Source: Solirubrobacterales bacterium
Lineage (GTDB): Bacteria; Actinomycetota; Thermoleophilia; Solirubrobacterales; 70-9
Assembly: GCA_036259555.1 (NCBI GenBank)
Contig: DATABM010000117.1
Coordinates: 1-57,031, forward strand
Direction of reading: 5' to 3'
Length of the DNA: 57,031 nt
The translations under genes were made by a program, and so were the position numbers. The notes beneath the pieces were generated by a model. The model did no database searches. It saw nothing but the letters and a program-made list of their open reading frames with translations, and was not told the origin of the DNA. Below are positions 8,309 to 15,603 of this stretch, piece by piece. The stretch's first letter is position 1. Each line of letters opens with the position of its first letter.

Positions 8309-10191
8309 CAGCCGATCCTGTGCAACTGCTCGTGGATCTCGCGGGCGAGCTTGCCGGGGACGCCGGGCACCGCCTCCAGCTCCTCGCGACTGGCGGCGAG
8401 GAAGCGCTCGGGCGAGCCGAAGTGGCGCAGCAGGGCGCGCTTGCGGACCGGACCGACGCCGCGCAGCCCGTCGAGCACCGAGCCCGTCATCGCCCGCTCG
8501 CGACGGCCGCGGTGGTGCTCGATCGCGAAGCGGTGCGCCTCGTCGCGGACCCGCTGCAGGAGCTTGGAGGCCTCGGAATCAGCGGCGAGGTCGAGTGGCC
8601 GCGGACGACCCGGGACGAAGACCTCCTCCTCGCGCTTGGCGAGAGAGACGACGGTCGTGCCGCGCTCGACGAACGGCGCCAGCACGCGCATCGCCGCCGC
8701 CAGCTGTCCCTTGCCGCCGTCGACGACGACGAGCGAGGGCAGCGAGGCGAAGCTCGCGTCGCGCTTGCCGTCATGGGGCGAGAGGTCGATCTGCTCCAGG
8801 AAGCGGTTGACGCGGCGGCCGAGCACCTCCTCCATCGAAGCGAAGTCGTCGGACCCGTTCTCGCGCGGTCCGCGCACCTTGAAGCGCCGGTAGTCGGCCT
8901 TCTTGGTGGCACCGCCCTCGAAGACGACCATCGAGGCGACGGTGTGCTCCCCGCCGATGTTCGAGATGTCGAAGCCCTCTACCCGGACCGGCAGCTCGTC
9001 CATCCCCAGCGCCTCGCGCAGGTCGGCGAGCGCGTCGACGCGGCGCTGGCGGCGGTGCTCGCGCCGCAGCCGGTCCTGGTCGAGCGCGAGGCGGGCGTTG
9101 CGCTCGGCCAGCTCGCGGAGGCGGCGTTTGTCGCCGCGCTCGGCGATCCGCACCTCGACCGGGGCGCCGCGCCGCTCGCCGAGGGCGGCGGCGAGCAGCT
9201 CGGCCCGTCCGGCCATGTAGGGGCCGACGACGATCGTCTTCGGGACCGCCGGCGAGGCCGAGTAGTACTGGCCGATGAACTCCTCGGTCACCTCGGCCGG
9301 CTCGCGTTCGGCCTGGTTGTCGAGGTAGAAGCTCTGCCGCTCGGCGAGGATCCCGTCGCGCACCTGGAAGACCTGCGCGTTGGCGTCGGCGCCCTCGACG
9401 GCGACGCCGATCATGTCCATCGCGCCGACCGAGCCGCCGGCGACCTGCTGGCGCTCGAACAGCGATTCGATCGCCTTAAGCCGGTCGCGGTGCAGCGCCG
9501 CCCGCTCGAACTCGTGGGCTGCCGCCGCCTCCTCCATCTTCGTCCGCTCGCCCGCCTCGACCTGCCGGTAGCGGCCGGAGAGAAAGTCGACGATCGCGTC
9601 GACGTTGCGCCGGTACTCGTCCTTGCTGACGTAGTCGACGCACGGTGCCCCGCAGCGCTTTATGTAGTAGTCGAGGCAGGGGCTGCCGGAGCGACGCCCC
9701 GGCTCCCGTCCCTCGCAGGTGCGGAACTGGAAGAGCTTGCCGAGCAGGTCGAGCGTCTCGCGCACCCGCTTGGCGCTCGAGAAGGGGCCGAAGTAGGCAC
9801 GCCCGCTGCGATGCTTCTCGCGGGTGAAGTAGACGCGCGGGTAGTCCTCGTCGAGGCTGACGCAGACGTAGGGATAGGACTTGTCGTCGCGCAGGCGGAT
9901 GTTGAAGCGCGGCCGGTGGCGCTTGATGAAGCTCTGCTCGGCGAGCAGCGCCTCGGCCTCGTTGGCGGTGACGAGAAATTCGATGCGGTCGATGCGCGAG
10001 GTGAGCCGTGGCTCGCCGCCCGAGAAGTGCGACGCGACCCGTTTGCGAATCGAGCGCGCCTTGCCGACGTAGAGCAGATCGCCGCTGGCATCGTGGAAGA
10101 GGTAGACCCCCGGCGAGTCGGGCAGCTTGCGCCGCTGCGCGGCGATCCGCTCCTCGCGTGAGGACTTCTTCTTCTCGTGCCGGTCGCTCAC
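8308..10191 (-). CDS. uvrC: Excinuclease ABC subunit C
   Basis: GIY-YIG N-terminus (PGVYLFHD...LYVGKARSIRKRV), a UvrBC-interaction region and a C-terminal HhH. Homology starts at the GTG at 10191. The 265 upstream codons of the open frame overlap the crotonase gene and are treated as spurious. Confidence 0.9.
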   Translation of the reverse strand: MSDRHEKKKSSREERIAAQRRKLPDSPGVYLFHDASGDLLYVGKARSIRKRVASHFSGGEPRLTSRIDRIEFLVTANEAEALLAEQSFIKRHRPRFNIRLRDDKSYPYVCVSLDEDYPRVYFTREKHRSGRAYFGPFSSAKRVRETLDLLGKLFQFRTCEGREPGRRSGSPCLDYYIKRCGAPCVDYVSKDEYRRNVDAIVDFLSGRYRQVEAGERTKMEEAAAAHEFERAALHRDRLKAIESLFERQQVAGGSVGAMDMIGVAVEGADANAQVFQVRDGILAERQSFYLDNQAEREPAEVTEEFIGQYYSASPAVPKTIVVGPYMAGRAELLAAALGERRGAPVEVRIAERGDKRRLRELAERNARLALDQDRLRREHRRQRRVDALADLREALGMDELPVRVEGFDISNIGGEHTVASMVVFEGGATKKADYRRFKVRGPRENGSDDFASMEEVLGRRVNRFLEQIDLSPHDGKRDASFASLPSLVVVDGGKGQLAAAMRVLAPFVERGTTVVSLAKREEEVFVPGRPRPLDLAADSEASKLLQRVRDEAHRFAIEHHRGRRERAMTGSVLDGLRGVGPVRKRALLRHFGSPERFLAASREELEAVPGVPGKLAREIHEQLHRIG

Positions 10192-10254
10192 GAAGTCACA
10201 GAGTAGGCTCCTGGCCAGCCGGCCAAGCCCACCCCAGAGGGAGATGAAGATCGC

Positions 10255-11079
10255 ATGCCCACCGAGACCCTGAACCCGCCGGAGCTGAGCACGCTGCGCA
10301 TCGACGTGGACGGCCGGATCGGCACGCTGACCCTCGACCGGCCCGACGCGTTCAACGCGATGAGCCCCGAGATGATCGGCGAGCTGACCGTCGCCTTCTC
10401 CTGGCTCGCCGACCAGGCGCCGCTGCGGGCGCTGATCGTCACCGGCGCCGGGAAGGCGTTCTGCGCCGGCGGCGACGTCAACTGGTTCCGCGGCGGCGTC
10501 GAGGACGACTCGATCGACCTGCCCTCGCAGGTGCGGCGCGGCGCCGAGGTCCTGCACCAGGCGATCGTCGACCTGCGCCGCATTCCCTATCCGGTGATAG
10601 CCGCCGTCAACGGGCCGGCCGCCGGCGCCGGCTTCTCGCTGGCGCTCGCCTGCGACACGAGGATCGCCTCCGAGGCGGCCTTCTTCGCCTGCGCCTACGG
10701 GCGAATCGGCGCCTCGCCGGACGGCGGCATGACCTACTTCCTGCCGCGCGTCGTCGGCCCCAGCCGGGCGCTGGAGATCCTCCTCAACGACCCGAACATG
10801 AACGCCGAGAGCGCCCTGGCCGAGAAGATCGTCGCCGAGGTCGTGCCTGCCGACCAGCTGCTCGACCGGGCGCGAGCCAAGGCCGAGAAGCTGGCGGCGA
10901 AGGCGCCGCACTACGTGCGGATGGCGAAGCTGCTGGTCGGGCAGAGCATCGAGAACCGCCTCGCCGACCACCTGCAACTGGAGCGGCACGGAATTGCCGA
11001 CAGCATGGCGACCGAGGATCTGCGCAACGGCGTCGCCGCCTTCTTCGGGGGCGAGGAGCCGGTCTTCGAGGGGCGCTGA
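10255..11079 (+). CDS. Enoyl-CoA hydratase/isomerase (crotonase) family protein
   Basis: 274-aa ORF with LDRPDAFNAM, GAGKAFCAGGD and AAVNGPAAGAG crotonase-fold strings. A GAGGGAG RBS lies upstream. Confidence 0.85.
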   Translation: MPTETLNPPELSTLRIDVDGRIGTLTLDRPDAFNAMSPEMIGELTVAFSWLADQAPLRALIVTGAGKAFCAGGDVNWFRGGVEDDSIDLPSQVRRGAEVLHQAIVDLRRIPYPVIAAVNGPAAGAGFSLALACDTRIASEAAFFACAYGRIGASPDGGMTYFLPRVVGPSRALEILLNDPNMNAESALAEKIVAEVVPADQLLDRARAKAEKLAAKAPHYVRMAKLLVGQSIENRLADHLQLERHGIADSMATEDLRNGVAAFFGGEEPVFEGR

Positions 11080-11158
11080 ACGAGCCGCTCAGGTTTTCCG
11101 TGGCCATTTCCGGCTAGATTCTCTGGCGAGCCCGGTCCCGACGGAAAGGAACTCTCGG

Positions 11159-11602
11159 ATGAAGAAGCTAACTGCTCTCCTCGCCCTAGCCCTTGCTTCC
11201 TTCGCCCTCGTCGCCTGCGGGGACGACGACAGCGACACGACGACGAACGGGACCGGCGGCGGCAACGGCGCGGCGGCCCCCGGCGGCGGCGCCGGAGGCG
11301 GTGGGGACGGCGCGACGGAAATCGCGATCGAGGCGGCAGCCAGCGGTCTCGCCTTCACCGAAGACCAGATCTCCACCAAAGCCGGCAAAGACGTGACGCT
11401 TCGCTTCTCCAACCCCCAGCCGATCGGCCATGACGCCGACATCGAAGACGACGGGGGCAAAGTGATCGCCGACACCGAAGTCCTCACCGAAGGCGAGGAC
11501 AGCGCCACCATCGCCAACCTCAAACCCGGCGAATACACTTTCTTCTGCTCCGTGCCCGGCCACCGCGAAGGCGGCATGGAAGGCACGCTGACGGTCGAGT
11601 AG
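11159..11602 (+). CDS. Cupredoxin (plastocyanin/azurin-like) lipoprotein
   Basis: Lipobox LVAC-G after MKKLTALLALALASFA. Type-1 Cu ligands are present (GHD ... FFCSVPGHREGGM). A GGAAAGGA RBS is present. The start is taken at the ATG at 11159 inside the longer ORF 10994-11602. Confidence 0.8.
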   Translation: MKKLTALLALALASFALVACGDDDSDTTTNGTGGGNGAAAPGGGAGGGGDGATEIAIEAAASGLAFTEDQISTKAGKDVTLRFSNPQPIGHDADIEDDGGKVIADTEVLTEGEDSATIANLKPGEYTFFCSVPGHREGGMEGTLTVE

Positions 11603-11616
11603 CGAGCTTGGAGCGG

Positions 11617-11644
11617 ATGGCGCCCGCTACTCGGCGGGCGCCAT
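11617..11644. terminator. Hairpin between the convergent cupredoxin gene and the MaoC 3' fragment (candidate bidirectional terminator)
   Basis: atggcgcccgc (11617-11627), 6-nt loop, gcgggcgccat (11634-11644): a perfect 11-bp stem. The homologous position next to copy B (13099) has no left arm. Confidence 0.5.
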
Positions 11645-11818
11645 GACCCGCGTCACCGAGTCGCCGACGAAGCAGGGCTTCTCGTTGCCCTCGACCTCGA
11701 GGGTAAAGCGGGTGACTACCTGCCACCAGCCGCCGCTGACCTCCTCGACCGAGACGAGCTCGGCGCGGGCGCGCAGGCGGGAGTCGACCGGGACGGAGGC
11801 GGGGAAGCGGATTTTGTT
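11627..11818. repeat. Direct repeat copy A (MaoC 3' end), candidate att-like islet boundary
   Basis: Aligns without gaps to 13099-13290. My hand alignment gives 25 mismatches in 192 nt. Confidence 0.85.
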
Positions 11819-11887
11819 GGCGTTGTATGAATTGTTCGACGCGATCCCATGCTTGGAGATAGCTGCCGCGACTGCAACAATGTCCAA
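11627..11887 (-). pseudogene. Orphan 3' fragment of a MaoC-like (R)-hydratase hotdog gene
   Basis: The last ~63 codons (NKIRFPASVPVDSR...DSVTRVMAPAE) parallel the C-terminus of the intact gene at 13099-13572. Upstream of 11818 the ORF continues into unrelated islet sequence. Confidence 0.7.
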
Positions 11888-12043
11888 GCGATGAACACCC
11901 GCGCACCATCGAGTCCCGCCAAGAAATCAGCCTCGAAAAAGGAGCTGAAATCTGGCCTGCCTGGAACCCCAGAAAAACAGCGCCGGGAGCTTCAGGAGGC
12001 GATGAGAAAGCACGACGAGACCCTGCGCCGCTTGGCCGAGTAG
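11849..12043 (+). CDS. Small, very basic ORF upstream of doc (possible cognate antitoxin; start at 11849 or 11891)
   Basis: 50-64 aa, ending 17 nt before the doc TTG start. It has a lysine/serine/proline-rich N-terminal part and a C-terminal helix-like PEKQRRELQEAMRKHDETLRRLAE. I recognise no Phd/YefM or RHH motif. Confidence 0.35.
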   Translation: MLGDSCRDCNNVQAMNTRAPSSPAKKSASKKELKSGLPGTPEKQRRELQEAMRKHDETLRRLAE

Positions 12044-12059
12044 GCACGAGCGACGCGTC

Positions 12060-12455
12060 TTGGTCTACTACCTCGAACTCGGCGACTACTGCCGAATTGC
12101 GAGCGAGGTTCTCGGTCTCAGTCCTGAGCAGGTAGCGGGGCTGCCGAACATCGGCTTGGCCGATTCAGCGCTCGCTGTACCGCGCGCCGCATTCGGCGAC
12201 CACGAGGCCTTTCCGACACTCATCGACAAGGCAGCGATCCTCGTCGAGCGCCTAGCCCGCAACCACCCTTTGCCCGACGGAAACAAGCGTTGTGCCTTCC
12301 TCTCACTGGAGCGCTTTCTAGCGGCCAATGGCCGGCCAATCCACGACGCAGATCCCGACACCGACGTGCCGATGATGGAGCGCATCGCAGCCGGAGATGT
12401 CACCCAAGACGAGATCGTTCTCTGGATAGAACAGCGATCCGAACGTTCCACCTGA
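12060..12455 (+). CDS. doc: Doc (death-on-curing) family Fic-fold toxin
   Basis: 131-aa ORF with a Doc-type Fic motif HPLPDGNKR (consensus HxFx[DN][AG]NKR). TTG start. Confidence 0.85.
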   Translation: MVYYLELGDYCRIASEVLGLSPEQVAGLPNIGLADSALAVPRAAFGDHEAFPTLIDKAAILVERLARNHPLPDGNKRCAFLSLERFLAANGRPIHDADPDTDVPMMERIAAGDVTQDEIVLWIEQRSERST

Positions 12456-12473
12456 ACGCAAGCGACCGGGAAC

Positions 12474-13043
12474 TCAGGCTCTTGAACGGGCCGTCTTGAT
12501 TGCTTCGCGAAGTGGCCGAAGCCCCTTGACCGTCACCCTTCCGATCGGTTGTAAGTCACGAATGCCCAGGTCGTAACCGCCTATTTGGATGCTCTTGGCG
12601 AGGCGCTCAAGTTTCCGGTGTTCGAGACTCCGGGGCTCTCCCGCGTGCACGGCCCCGGCTACGTTTGCCGCATGAGTAATTACATCGCGCACGGAAAACT
12701 CGTGTCCGTCAGAGATGATGATTACTTGACGCAGAAAATCCGCGAGGTTTACCTGAGTGCTCGGCTCGAGCGTCAACGTAGTCTCGGGGTCGAGGCCATC
12801 CTGAAGAGACCAGAGCACGGGTTTCGGGGTCCCCGCAATCTCCCAAATCCGCCTAGGAACCGAGACATCGAATCGAATCTTCACCCGATGCTCACGATTC
12901 ACGAGGTGAACGAGACTCGGGCTGTCTATCAGCAATTTCCGCAGCAGGGCCGCAATCCCGAGCACCTCGTATTCGTCAGGTGCAGGTTCAACGCGCCCCT
13001 CTAAATCGTCGAGCACTTTCATAAAAAGCTCATCTCGGTCCAT
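12474..13043 (-). CDS. Hypothetical protein, 189 aa (orphan; contains an Rx4H string)
   Basis: This is the longest ORF in the lowest-GC stretch of the window, with helix-like composition and A/T-rich third positions. The antisense 139-aa ORF has an implausible composition. Confidence 0.65.
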   Translation of the reverse strand: MDRDELFMKVLDDLEGRVEPAPDEYEVLGIAALLRKLLIDSPSLVHLVNREHRVKIRFDVSVPRRIWEIAGTPKPVLWSLQDGLDPETTLTLEPSTQVNLADFLRQVIIISDGHEFSVRDVITHAANVAGAVHAGEPRSLEHRKLERLAKSIQIGGYDLGIRDLQPIGRVTVKGLRPLREAIKTARSRA

Positions 13044-13098
13044 CCGTCGAGATGCTATCCGTGCCCTCGGCAGAGGGGTCTGCTTTGGAGCAACCTCG

Positions 13099-13290
13099 TC
13101 AGCCGCCGGGCGCCATCACCCGCGTCACCGAGTCACCCACGAAGCAGGGCTTCTCGCTGCCCTCTACCTCGAGGGTGAAGCGCGTGACGACCTGCCACCA
13201 GCCGCCGCCGACCTCCTCGACGGAGACGACCTCGGCGCGACCGCGGACCCGGGAGTCGACCGGGACCGGCGCCGGGAAGCGGATCTTGTT
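13099..13290. repeat. Direct repeat copy B (3' end of the intact MaoC gene)
   Basis: Aligns without gaps to 11627-11818 (about 87% identity by hand count). Confidence 0.85.
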
Positions 13291-13572
13291 CCAGCCGTAG
13301 TTGACCCCGAGCGCGAAGCCGCTGGAGGAGATCAGCTGCTTGCGGAAGCCATCCACGAGCGAGAGCGTCAGGTTGCCGTGGGCGATGGTCGTTCTGAAGG
13401 GGCTCTCCTTCTTGGCCCGCTCGACGTCGACGTGAATCCATTGGTCGTCGCCGGAGATCCGGGCGAAGGCGTCGATGTCGTCCTGCGTCACGCTGCGCCA
13501 CTCGCTCGGCCCGATCTCCCGACCGACCAGCGACTTCATCCCCTCGACCCCATGCGCCTCGGTAGTTGCCAT
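13099..13572 (-). CDS. MaoC-like (R)-specific enoyl-CoA hydratase, hotdog fold
   Basis: 157-aa ORF with DIDAFARISGDDQWIHVD and TIAHGNLTLS strings typical of the MaoC dehydratase domain. Confidence 0.85.
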   Translation of the reverse strand: MATTEAHGVEGMKSLVGREIGPSEWRSVTQDDIDAFARISGDDQWIHVDVERAKKESPFRTTIAHGNLTLSLVDGFRKQLISSSGFALGVNYGWNKIRFPAPVPVDSRVRGRAEVVSVEEVGGGWWQVVTRFTLEVEGSEKPCFVGDSVTRVMAPGG

Positions 13573-13583
13573 CGGGCCGCAGT

Positions 13584-13997
13584 CTAGATCGGGCCGGCCT
13601 GCGACGCCCCGGCGAGCCGCAGCGGCGCGTGGCGCGCGATGACGGAGAAGTCCGCCTCGCAGCAGAGCAGCTCGACGTCGTTGCGGATCGCGACGACTGC
13701 GATCAGGCAGTCGACCATGCGTCGTGGCGTCTCTCCGCCGCGGCGGCAGATTCGAAACAGCTCTGCGGCGCTTTCAAAATCGGCCGGGCCTTTCACCCCG
13801 AGGAAATGGCGCCCGTAGAGCAGGCGTCGCAGATCTTCTCGCTCCACGGTGTCGCGCGCCCCCGCGAGGAGCTCCATCGCGACCGGATCGCTCCATGCGG
13901 CTCGGTCGCCATCGATCGCAGAGCGCACCTGCCGGTGGGTCGCGCTGCCCGTCTCGCGCAGAAACTCGATCCAGGCCGAGCTGTCGACGAGGATCAC
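13584..13997 (-). CDS. vapC: Type II toxin VapC (PIN-domain ribonuclease)
   Basis: 137-aa ORF starting MILVDSSAWIEFL (PIN Asp). Further acidic residues are spaced as in PIN domains. It overlaps the upstream antitoxin gene by 4 nt. Confidence 0.85.
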   Translation of the reverse strand: MILVDSSAWIEFLRETGSATHRQVRSAIDGDRAAWSDPVAMELLAGARDTVEREDLRRLLYGRHFLGVKGPADFESAAELFRICRRGGETPRRMVDCLIAVVAIRNDVELLCCEADFSVIARHAPLRLAGASQAGPI

Positions 13998-14203
13998 AGC
14001 TCAGGTATCTCTTCACGGGACCGAATCTCCTTGAGATCGCCGCCCCAGCCGCGGCCCTCCATCGCAAGGGCTTCCTCGCGGTTCATCCCGCCAACCAGTC
14101 GGCGCAGGGCATAGTCGACCGCCTCTTTCTTGCTGCCGAAGTGGAAGATGCGCATGGCGCGCTCGACCAGTTCGTCGTCGATCTCGATGTTGGTCCGCGT
14201 CAT
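13994..14203 (-). CDS. vapB: Type II antitoxin VapB (DUF2191/Rv0623-like)
   Basis: 69 aa from the ATG at 14203: MTRTNIEIDDELVERAMRIFHFGSKKEAVDYALRRLV. The longer ORF to 14371 is treated as a spurious extension. Confidence 0.7.
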   Translation of the reverse strand: MTRTNIEIDDELVERAMRIFHFGSKKEAVDYALRRLVGGMNREEALAMEGRGWGGDLKEIRSREEIPEL

Positions 14204-14259
14204 ATGCACCACCATACACCTCGAGGTGTATGGAACTTCCTCGAGGCCGCTGGTGGCCT

Positions 14260-15603
14260 TCACTCGATCAACCGCACGTCGAATGGCGGAACAGGGACGA
14301 CCCCAGCGCCGCCGAGCAAGGCGAGGATGCGGGTGACGTATGCCTGCGTCTCGGGGTACGGCGGGACGCACTGGCAGTCTTCGACCGCGCCCGGGCCGGC
14401 GTTGTAGGCGGCGAGGGCGAGCTGGGCCGAGCCGCCGAGTTGGCGCAGCAGGTCCGACATCAGGTGGGCCTGGGCGTCGATCGCGGCCTCAGGGTCGAAG
14501 GGGTCGTGCAAGCCATAGGCCGCCGCGGTCGAAGGGATGAACTGGGCGATGCCCTGCGCCCCGGCCGGCGAGACGGCGTAGGGGTCGAAGTTCGACTCCG
14601 CCATCAGCTGCGCCGCGAGCAGCGCCGCCGAGACGTTCCAGCGGGCCGCCGCCCGCAGCAGCGCGGCGCGAAAGCGCGCCGGAACGAAGGAGGGCAGGCC
14701 GCCGGTGCCGGCGAGCGCCCCGTCTCCCCCGTCCGCGACGACGCGCGAGCCTGCCGCTTCGCCGGCTGGCGAGCAGGGCTCCGGCCCAGCCGTGAATCCG
14801 TAATGCCAAGCCTCCCACGAGTAGCGCTGCACGAATCCGAAGCGACCCGCGTTCGCTGCAAGCCATGCATAGACCGTTTCCGGGCCAAGGTCGAGCTCGG
14901 TGGCGCAGCGGTGCAACGACTGACCCGGCGGCGCGACCCAGCGTGGATCCGGGTTCGCGGCGAAGAGCGCCGCCTGCTCCGCGTCGGAGCGAAACCCCGA
15001 ATTGACGACGAGAGCGAGGCCGTCGCGCGCCGCTGCGGCGGCCATCCGGTCGAAGGCGGCCCCCACGTCAGGCCTCATCCCCTCGCCCTGCCGAAAGACG
15101 AGTGGGCCGCCGTAACCGCCCCCGCTCGCCATCCTGGTCGGCGACGCTCCGGCCGGCAAGGTGCCAACTTCGGCTACGGCAGACGCATCCACGTCGACGC
15201 GGTCTCCGCCGGCGAGCAGCTCGCCCGTGACGGCTGCTTCGACCCAGACCGGCGCGAACGAGTCGCGACCGGGAAACGAGATCCGCAAGCGCTCCTTCCC
15301 GACCCCGTTTGCCGCGCCGATCTCGAACGCCGCAGCGCGTGCCCGCGACAGGTACGCGTCCTTGGACATGCGACGCGGATTCGGCGCCCCGTTGGGCAGG
15401 AGCGGCGGCGCCAGCAACCGCCCGAGGTCGTCGCGCATCGAGCGCGCCGCCGAGATCGCCGCCAGGTCGGCCGCGCGCTGCGCGCGGCCCTTTCCGGTCA
15501 CCGCGCCCGCGATCGCGACCAACGCCAGGGCCGCCGCAATCAGTGCAAACGACCCCCCCAGGGCAAGAACCAGCGCCTGTCCCTGCTCTCGACGCCCCCT
15601 CAC
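14260..15603 (-). CDS. Tri-domain protein: TadE/TadG-like (Rv3654c-type) N-terminal anchor, VanY/M15B D,D-carboxypeptidase domain and SLT lytic transglycosylase domain
   Basis: N-terminus GQALVLALGGSFALIAAALALVAIAG...RAQRAADLAA. M15 zinc motifs are SGFRS, SLHRCATELD (Hx6D) and EAWHYGF. SLT strings are LMAESNFDPYAVSPAGAQGIAQFIP and AYNAGPG. Confidence 0.8.
   Translation of the reverse strand: MRGRREQGQALVLALGGSFALIAAALALVAIAGAVTGKGRAQRAADLAAISAARSMRDDLGRLLAPPLLPNGAPNPRRMSKDAYLSRARAAAFEIGAANGVGKERLRISFPGRDSFAPVWVEAAVTGELLAGGDRVDVDASAVAEVGTLPAGASPTRMASGGGYGGPLVFRQGEGMRPDVGAAFDRMAAAAARDGLALVVNSGFRSDAEQAALFAANPDPRWVAPPGQSLHRCATELDLGPETVYAWLAANAGRFGFVQRYSWEAWHYGFTAGPEPCSPAGEAAGSRVVADGGDGALAGTGGLPSFVPARFRAALLRAAARWNVSAALLAAQLMAESNFDPYAVSPAGAQGIAQFIPSTAAAYGLHDPFDPEAAIDAQAHLMSDLLRQLGGSAQLALAAYNAGPGAVEDCQCVPPYPETQAYVTRILALLGGAGVVPVPPFDVRLIE

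Larger units (their letters stand above)
11819..13098. mobile_element. Putative integrated islet or remnant (Doc toxin cassette plus an orphan gene), with no recombinase
   Basis: Bracketed by the two 192-bp MaoC 3'-end repeats. Its three ORFs visibly use more A/T-ending codons than the flanking genes. Confidence 0.4.

Noticed and set aside
6641-8893. Very long antisense ORFs: 6641-8893 (+), 8320-10161 (+), 29886-31919 (+), 42611-44590 (-), 52356-54335 (+), 4142-5332 (+), 14230-15855 (+) and many shorter ones.
   Set aside because: Each lies opposite a gene with clear conserved motifs (ABC ATPase/rapZ/uvrC, ABC-F, tkt, secA, gap, the Tad-fusion gene). Their products are Arg/Pro/Gly/Ala-rich low-complexity strings. 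This is the usual stop-codon-poor shadow-frame effect in DNA of about 70% GC.
10192-10989. A 265-codon N-terminal extension of the uvrC ORF (the track gives 8308-10989).
   Set aside because: UvrC homology (GIY-YIG) begins right after the GTG at 10191. The extension is antisense to a well-supported crotonase gene (10255-11079) and has shadow-ORF composition.
11819-13098. An integrase, transposase or terminal inverted repeats that would define the islet as a classical IS, transposon or prophage remnant.
   Set aside because: None of the six-frame ORFs in or around the islet shows tyrosine/serine recombinase or DDE motifs. The ends are direct repeats of gene sequence, not inverted repeats.
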